DNA from: Antedon mediterranea
Lineage: Eukaryota > Animalia > Echinodermata
NCBI RefSeq assembly: GCF_964355755.1
Contig: NC_092677.1
Location: 11,740,101-11,804,100 of the forward strand
Direction of reading: 5' to 3'
Length of the DNA: 64,000 nt
Shown: positions 51,406 through 64,000 of the stretch, in pieces
Position numbering within the stretch: position 1 is the stretch's first letter
Layout: every line of letters starts with the position of its first letter
Notes under the pieces: model-generated
What the model saw: the letters and a program-made list of their open reading frames with translations, nothing else
Told to the model about the DNA's origin: nothing
Databases searched by the model: none
Translations under genes and position numbers: made by a program

Positions 51406-58265
<6,860 letters not shown>

Positions 58266-59206
58266 GATTATAACATTAACTCAACTTTTCCTATTCTAGC
58301 TAAGTAACACGCGTGTGCAGTAGGCCTCTAATTGTATTTTAGGCTTTGAACGGAATGACGTAGCAGGCGTCGCGTCGTGCTACGTTTGGTCGAGATGACT
58401 TTACGTCGGTGATGTCAGAATACTGAGCTTTCCTATTGGTGGTTGATGACATTGACTTTTGCAGTGCAGCTTTTTAGCAGTTGTTGCGAAATCATGCGGC
58501 TGCCAGGTCACTTGCATGTTGTAACCTATTTGTTTGTTCAAACTTTAAAATACCAACAATAGATGCGCGCAGTAAAAGTATTTGTTAATGTGCAAACTTG
58601 TAACAGACTATGGCAGCCTATTCAAAAGATCCACAACTTTATATAACAACAAAAAACTACTTTATAGGCCTTTTAATGTATAACTATTTCAATATTACAT
58701 TTTCTTAAAGCTGAAATGTTTACATTTGAATATTTACAGTATTAATTTTGTTTAAGAGTAACACAATTATGCTTAAAATTAAAACAAAATAACAGATACA
58801 CAGGTATTTATTAGAAGATCGACGGTTAGCCTATTATTTATTAGAATATCGGGCTAACAGGAGCCAATATAAATAATTCCAACAAATGATTTCGGTATTT
58901 ATAGTAATTAGCTATTAATCGATTATTAGTCCTCATCATCCTGAAAGCATTCAATCCGTCTATTTATAAGTTGGGGCCTATCATTTGTACAGTATATATT
59001 TTTGTTCAAGATGCACCATGCGGCCTTTTTTATCTTTTGCTGAGTTGTCAATCCAGACGCAAATATTATGTGTGAACACGACGCGTGCTATGAAACGTGT
59101 GAAATGGGGGCGCAGTAACGCATGGTCATGAAAGACTATTTTGATGACTGCCGACTGCGGTGTACTTTTTATAGCGTAGATACTTCGTAGAATAAAACGT
59201 TGTAAA
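58266..59206. promoter_or_regulatory. Divergent promoter region CBS-like/TMEM147
   Basis: ~940 bp between divergent ATGs; CpG-enriched patches at ~58310-58510 and ~59050-59160; CRE-like TGACGT and inverted CCAAT (ATTGG at ~58435). Confidence 0.45.
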
Positions 59207-62200
59207 ATGACACTTTTTCATTTTGGAAATTGCTTTGCTCTGGCGTATTTGCCACATTTACTTATTTACAAGTGTTCTGGTCTGTAAGTAGTGTATTTGA
59301 CTATTTCAAACATGATAAAATTAAACCTCGATTAGGCATAATAGCCAGGCCTCGTCAGAACTGTTCTGTGTCCGTGTTGCCTGACAAAGCCAACCACGAC
59401 ACGCGTCGGACCTACACAAATGTGTAGGCCTATGAATGCCGAATCTAGCCCAACGCATAAACGGTTACAGTTAGTTTGTATGTCCCGGTTGTATAGCCTT
59501 TCTTGAGCTAATATCCATAGGAATTATGATTTTACAGTATTTTAATAGATGTCTAGGCCTAGCCTATTTATAATTTATAATATAATTAAACGAAATAAAT
59601 AATAACCCATATTAACATAATAGAAAAATAACGCTTAAAAAAGAACGACGTTTCGACTCCATCATGGGGTCATTATCAAGTCCAATGAATGAAACTGCAG
59701 TAGCGCCTTTAAAAAGGCCTACCTAGGCCTACTAGAGAAAGTTTAGCCTTACTTTCCAACAATAAACAATACAATCAGTGAGTAGGATTAGATAATTAAT
59801 AATTTAGGCAAATATGACATATGATTGATTTTGTTTTCTCCTCAATTTTTTTAGGTCAGAATATAGTGCATTCTGGAAATGTGTGCAAGCTGGTATGGCT
59901 TATTTATTCACACAGCTTTGTAAAGTAAGTTTTACATAATTGTTTGTTTTATTGTGGACTAATAATAATATTAAAATACTGTCTGGAGTTCTTTGAAAAC
60001 ACAAAGTATATAATTTCACCATACATAATCCTACCCTGTATTAACATTTTTTTAATTGACTTACTGAAGAGTTTTATACACAAGTTTTAAACTATAGTTT
60101 GGGTGTTTCTCTTACAGATGCTGATATTAGCAACATTTTTTCCAGCCACAGAAGTATCTGCAACTCATTTAGATATAGTAGGGGTAAGGCGAAGACATAT
60201 CTATATAATTAAAATTTTTAATAATATTTGTATATACAATATTTACAAATAAATATTGGAATGTCATCAGATTCTTGAGACCAATTAATCATTCCTTTTT
60301 TTGTCTAAAGGTTCTCATCTGGCTGTTAACAATAATTATGGGAAATTTAAATTAATTTCAACATTAAAAAACTAGAAGGGCACTCAACCTCCGCCTAGGC
60401 ATATGAAAATTGAATCACATGTTCCCATACAGCTATGAAACGATCCTTTTAAATCTTATGAAAATCGGGCAATAACTTTTTGAGTAATCCTTCACACACC
60501 CGATTGACCTAATAACCTCTCGCCATTCTCAGCCTTCTGGTAGTCTCTCTCATTTTCTCCACAGGAAATCATGAAGTGTACTGTAGATTTCGGAGACCTG
60601 GTTGGAATATATTTTATAATGAACAACATACCAGGAAGAGGTGATATGAAATTTATGATAACTGGTCTAGGATGGGCTACTGCTGAGCTCCTTTCAACCC
60701 GTTTTCTCCCATTATGGGTCGGTGCTCGTGGGACGGAGTTTGATTGGAAGTATATTCAAATGAGTTTTGATTCTAACATTAATCTGGTAGGTTTCGATCC
60801 AACTCGGCCCTAAACCGTCTCGGCCCCACGTCAAGTCGGCCCCAAGTCAACTCTGCCCCACGTCAACTCGGCCCCACGTCAACTCGGCCTCACGTCAACT
60901 CGGCCAAAAACTAATCCGTCAACTCGGCCTCTAAAAACTATGAAACGCAAAAAGTGCTAATATAGTAGTTAATATTATAATGGCAGGATATAGTACGGTT
61001 ATGCCTACATAATAGACGAAATACAACGGAAAATTCAATATAAATGATTATATAATATTAATTGATAGGTAGTATTTATTTATATTGTTTGAAATAAACA
61101 AATATTTCTTCACATTTTGTATACAGGAATAACTGTCGAAGAAGACATTTAAAAAAATAATATTTAAACAATATACTTCGGTCTACAACTGTATATACAT
61201 CAATATAAAAAGAATAAAATGACATTAAAATCAAAACAAATCAAAAGGCAAGAAAACAAATTGCATAGGCATTATGGGTATAGGTTACATGCACACACAC
61301 CCCAGACATGAATGGGCATTATTTTCAAATAGGCCTTACGGTTTTTTTTGTATGACATTTTTATTTTCATTTCGTTTAGTACTTCATAATTATTCATAAT
61401 TAATACAGTACACCATGGGAAGAGAGAAATTTGCTTCCATAACAGTCCATAGGGATGTGATTGTGATTTAATTGTATTTAATTATGGATTCATGGAATTT
61501 GTCATGGTGTGTGTTGTTATACTATCAGTATCATCGGGAATCTTGTGTCCCGTTTTGTAATATCATCTTTAATTAAACTAAAAAGAATAATTTCTTCCTC
61601 ACTATCATCCGATGATCATCTGCTATTTTAACGTCACAAAACGGAACAGGTGTGAATGTTTAAAACGGAACAGTGAACGGGCGCGTGTCACGTTGAAAAA
61701 ACGGCGCCGTCCGCGAAACGGAACAGGTACGGACGGTGGGAATGCCCCTTTAGGTGATCAATTTTATTGAACAATACAGGGCGCGGTGGGTGTTAAAAAA
61801 CAGATGAGAATGCAAAGGCAATATTATGTTGTTTAGGAATTCCGTTGTTTTGGACTCAAACAATATGTTTTAGTTTTTGCTTGACAAAATAAAAATACGC
61901 CATTTTTTCATGATGATTTCTTCAGTGTGTTTTAGTATAGTTTTTATGCTTGACAAAATAAAAATACACCATTTATTCATGATGATTTCTTCAGTGTGTT
62001 TTAGATTAATTTCCCATAAATGTATTCATTGGATTCTCCATTATAATCAAATCACAAAAGTAATAAAAACAATTTGAATAGCGCACAATTGCAATAGAAA
62101 TTTAACATGACAGAACATTCCGAATTTGTTTCCATAATCTCTTCGGTAGTTTGATTGACATCGTCAATAAATGTGTGAAAAGATTTTGTTACTGTAATAT

Positions 62201-63429
62201 ACCATTTTAATGTCAAATATAGTTATTCACTTTGACCGTGACATATTGCTAATAATTTGAGAGAGAATATATACAAAAAAAAAACATTTTTATTTTACTG
62301 TATTAATCTAATAATATCTATATAATATATAGGCCTTCTAAGAATATTTGCAATTATTTCTGGGAACATCCTCAAAATAGATCTAACAAACACATTACTG
62401 AGGGTTCTTACTGAGACAAACCAACCAACAATATAAATAAAAATTACCTATCAATTAAACGAAAAACGATCAGCCAGTGTGTTATAATTTACATTGAAAT
62501 TTCCGTTTTATTTCGTCTATTATGTAGGCCTAACCGTACTATATCCTGCCATTGTAATAAATGAACTACAGTACTATATTAGCACTTTTTGCGTTCCATA
62601 CTTTTTAAAGGCCGAGTTGACGGATTAGTTTTTGGCCGAGTTGACTTGAGGCCGACTTGACTTTGGCCGAGACGGTTTAGGGCCGAGTTGACCTGCACCC
62701 GTTTAAAGTTTATATTTACATTTCTTATTTTTATTGTCAAAAGCATCAAGACATTTTGCATAAAGTGCAGTACTATATTTAGCTCAAATTATTATTAATA
62801 AATAATAATGCTTTTGCTAATTTTTACTCTCCAGATTCAACATATTTCAACTGCCATTTTGGTTTGGCTTTGGAGTCGTAGCGATCTTAATAAATCTGTT
62901 CGTCCCGCTGTATTGACGTTACTCTGTATAGTCTGCTACAAACCAGTAATCGTAGAGTAAGTAAAACTCCAAAATCATGAATATTGTTCAGTTCATATTG
63001 CACACAATAAACAAACCAAAATAGAAATGCTTAAAATAACCAGCATTTAGTGTGTATATCCAGCTGGACTCTATCTACCCTCTCAAACTACAAAAGTGTG
63101 ATGTGCCCAAATATGGTAATGATATGCTTAAATATGGTAGTGATATGACATTTATGTCCACATATGGGCACATCATATTTTTTTGTTCCATAAAGTTCGA
63201 TAGTGTACAGTATACAGTGCTTTAGAATATGATTATTAAAACTTGCTGAATAGGCAGTGTTAAGTGGGTTTTTTTTAATATTTTTTTTTTCAGGGTTCTC
63301 GTTTTTGCCACTGGTCTAGGCCCATGGACACTGCTGCTCGTCAAGGCTCTCTTCACCATCTGTATGGGACTTGTGACCATTAAATTCTACATTGGACTCA
63401 CTCAATCTCCTGTTAACTCTCATCACTAG
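59207..63429 (+). CDS. TMEM147: Transmembrane protein 147 (BOS complex subunit); exons 59207-59283, 59855-59924, 60118-60183, 60565-60786, 62835-62956, 63294-63429 (230 aa)
   Basis: [14 protein letters not shown]; [19 protein letters not shown]; [13 protein letters not shown]; [41 protein letters not shown]. Exons total 693 nt in frame. Confidence 0.96.
60800..62690. mobile_element. Foldback-like non-autonomous DNA element, ~270-bp TIRs containing ~16-bp subrepeats (gtcaactcggcccca)
   Basis: 60800-~61080 is the reverse complement of ~62435-62690 (caactcggccctaaaccgtctcggcc...aaaactaatccgtcaactcggcct...gcaaaaagtgctaatatagta...ggcaggatatagtacggtta...attgataggta). No TSD recognised. Confidence 0.85.
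61865..62005. repeat. ~70-bp tandem duplication inside the foldback element
   Basis: tgcttgacaaaataaaaatac.ccattt.ttcatgatgatttcttcagtgtgttttag occurs twice. Confidence 0.85.
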
Positions 63430-64000
63430 GTGCTCCTACATTTTAATTCTTTATTTATAAATTAATCAACTTTTTACGATTTGGACGTTTCTATGTTGGG
63501 ACGTCTTGCCAGTATTACATGTACAGCACTGTACTCGGGCGTGTCAGCTGATTAGGTCGAGTTAGGGTGTGGCCTTATATTGACACCATGATTGATCACA
63601 ATTAATTCCATAGTGAGATTGATTAATCAATGTATTGATCTATGGAAGAAAACTGTTGTGTAAAAGTAATAACAGTTCTGTTGAAAATGTACAATGTTTA
63701 ACAAATTTATATTGTGTATTTCAGAATTGTAAAAAATAAGGCATTTTTTTTACTGTAAAAGTATGCAATATTTAGAAGTTATAAATAGTTGTATTTGCAG
63801 AGGTTTTCTTAGTCAAAAGAAAATGCAACTTGTTAAATTCTTTCTTCATTCCCTTTTTCCTTCCTTTGTGTTTTTTTATTGCGATAACCGTTTTAGCAAT
63901 TGTATTTTCCAACAAATTTTGCAGAGATTCTTACTACATACAGTACTATAATATTGTACCATGATCAAATGTATTTTGCACCCATCTAATGTGAAAGTTA

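Noticed and set aside
60371-60525. ACTAGA-starting Helentron/HINE-like short element
   Set aside because: Only a loose resemblance; subterminal repeats and ends could not be defined with confidence.

Overview
AT-rich, intron-containing animal genomic DNA, not prokaryotic. A Deu-domain-like SINE and the gene content point to a marine invertebrate, probably a deuterostome (inference). I assembled exons by hand from GT/AG sites and checked reading-frame continuity. There are three head-to-head gene pairs: WRNIP1(-)/COX4(+), C20orf96-like(-)/FAM210A(+) and CBS-like(-)/TMEM147(+). Between them lies a ~26 kb tandem array of six Ly6/uPAR (quiver/sleepless-like) three-finger genes on the minus strand, with signs of recent exon duplication and decay. 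Introns and spacers are dense with non-autonomous mobile elements (Helitron, MULE-, Harbinger- and piggyBac-type MITEs, a foldback element, a 5'-truncated LINE, tRNA-SINEs). The most notable observations are: (1) an unexplained ~215-nt multibranched RNA-like structure with strand-specific G-U pairs between two convergent genes; (2) a heme-motif CBS that ends right after the catalytic core, with a presequence-like N-terminus and altered active-site motifs; (3) the diversifying Ly6 array, including a gene whose own last exon is dead and appears replaced by a copy from its neighbour; (4) a U12-type intron in C20orf96; (5) AGGCCT/CTAG-rich tracts next to the bidirectional promoters. No database searches were possible, so all names come from recognised sequence motifs.
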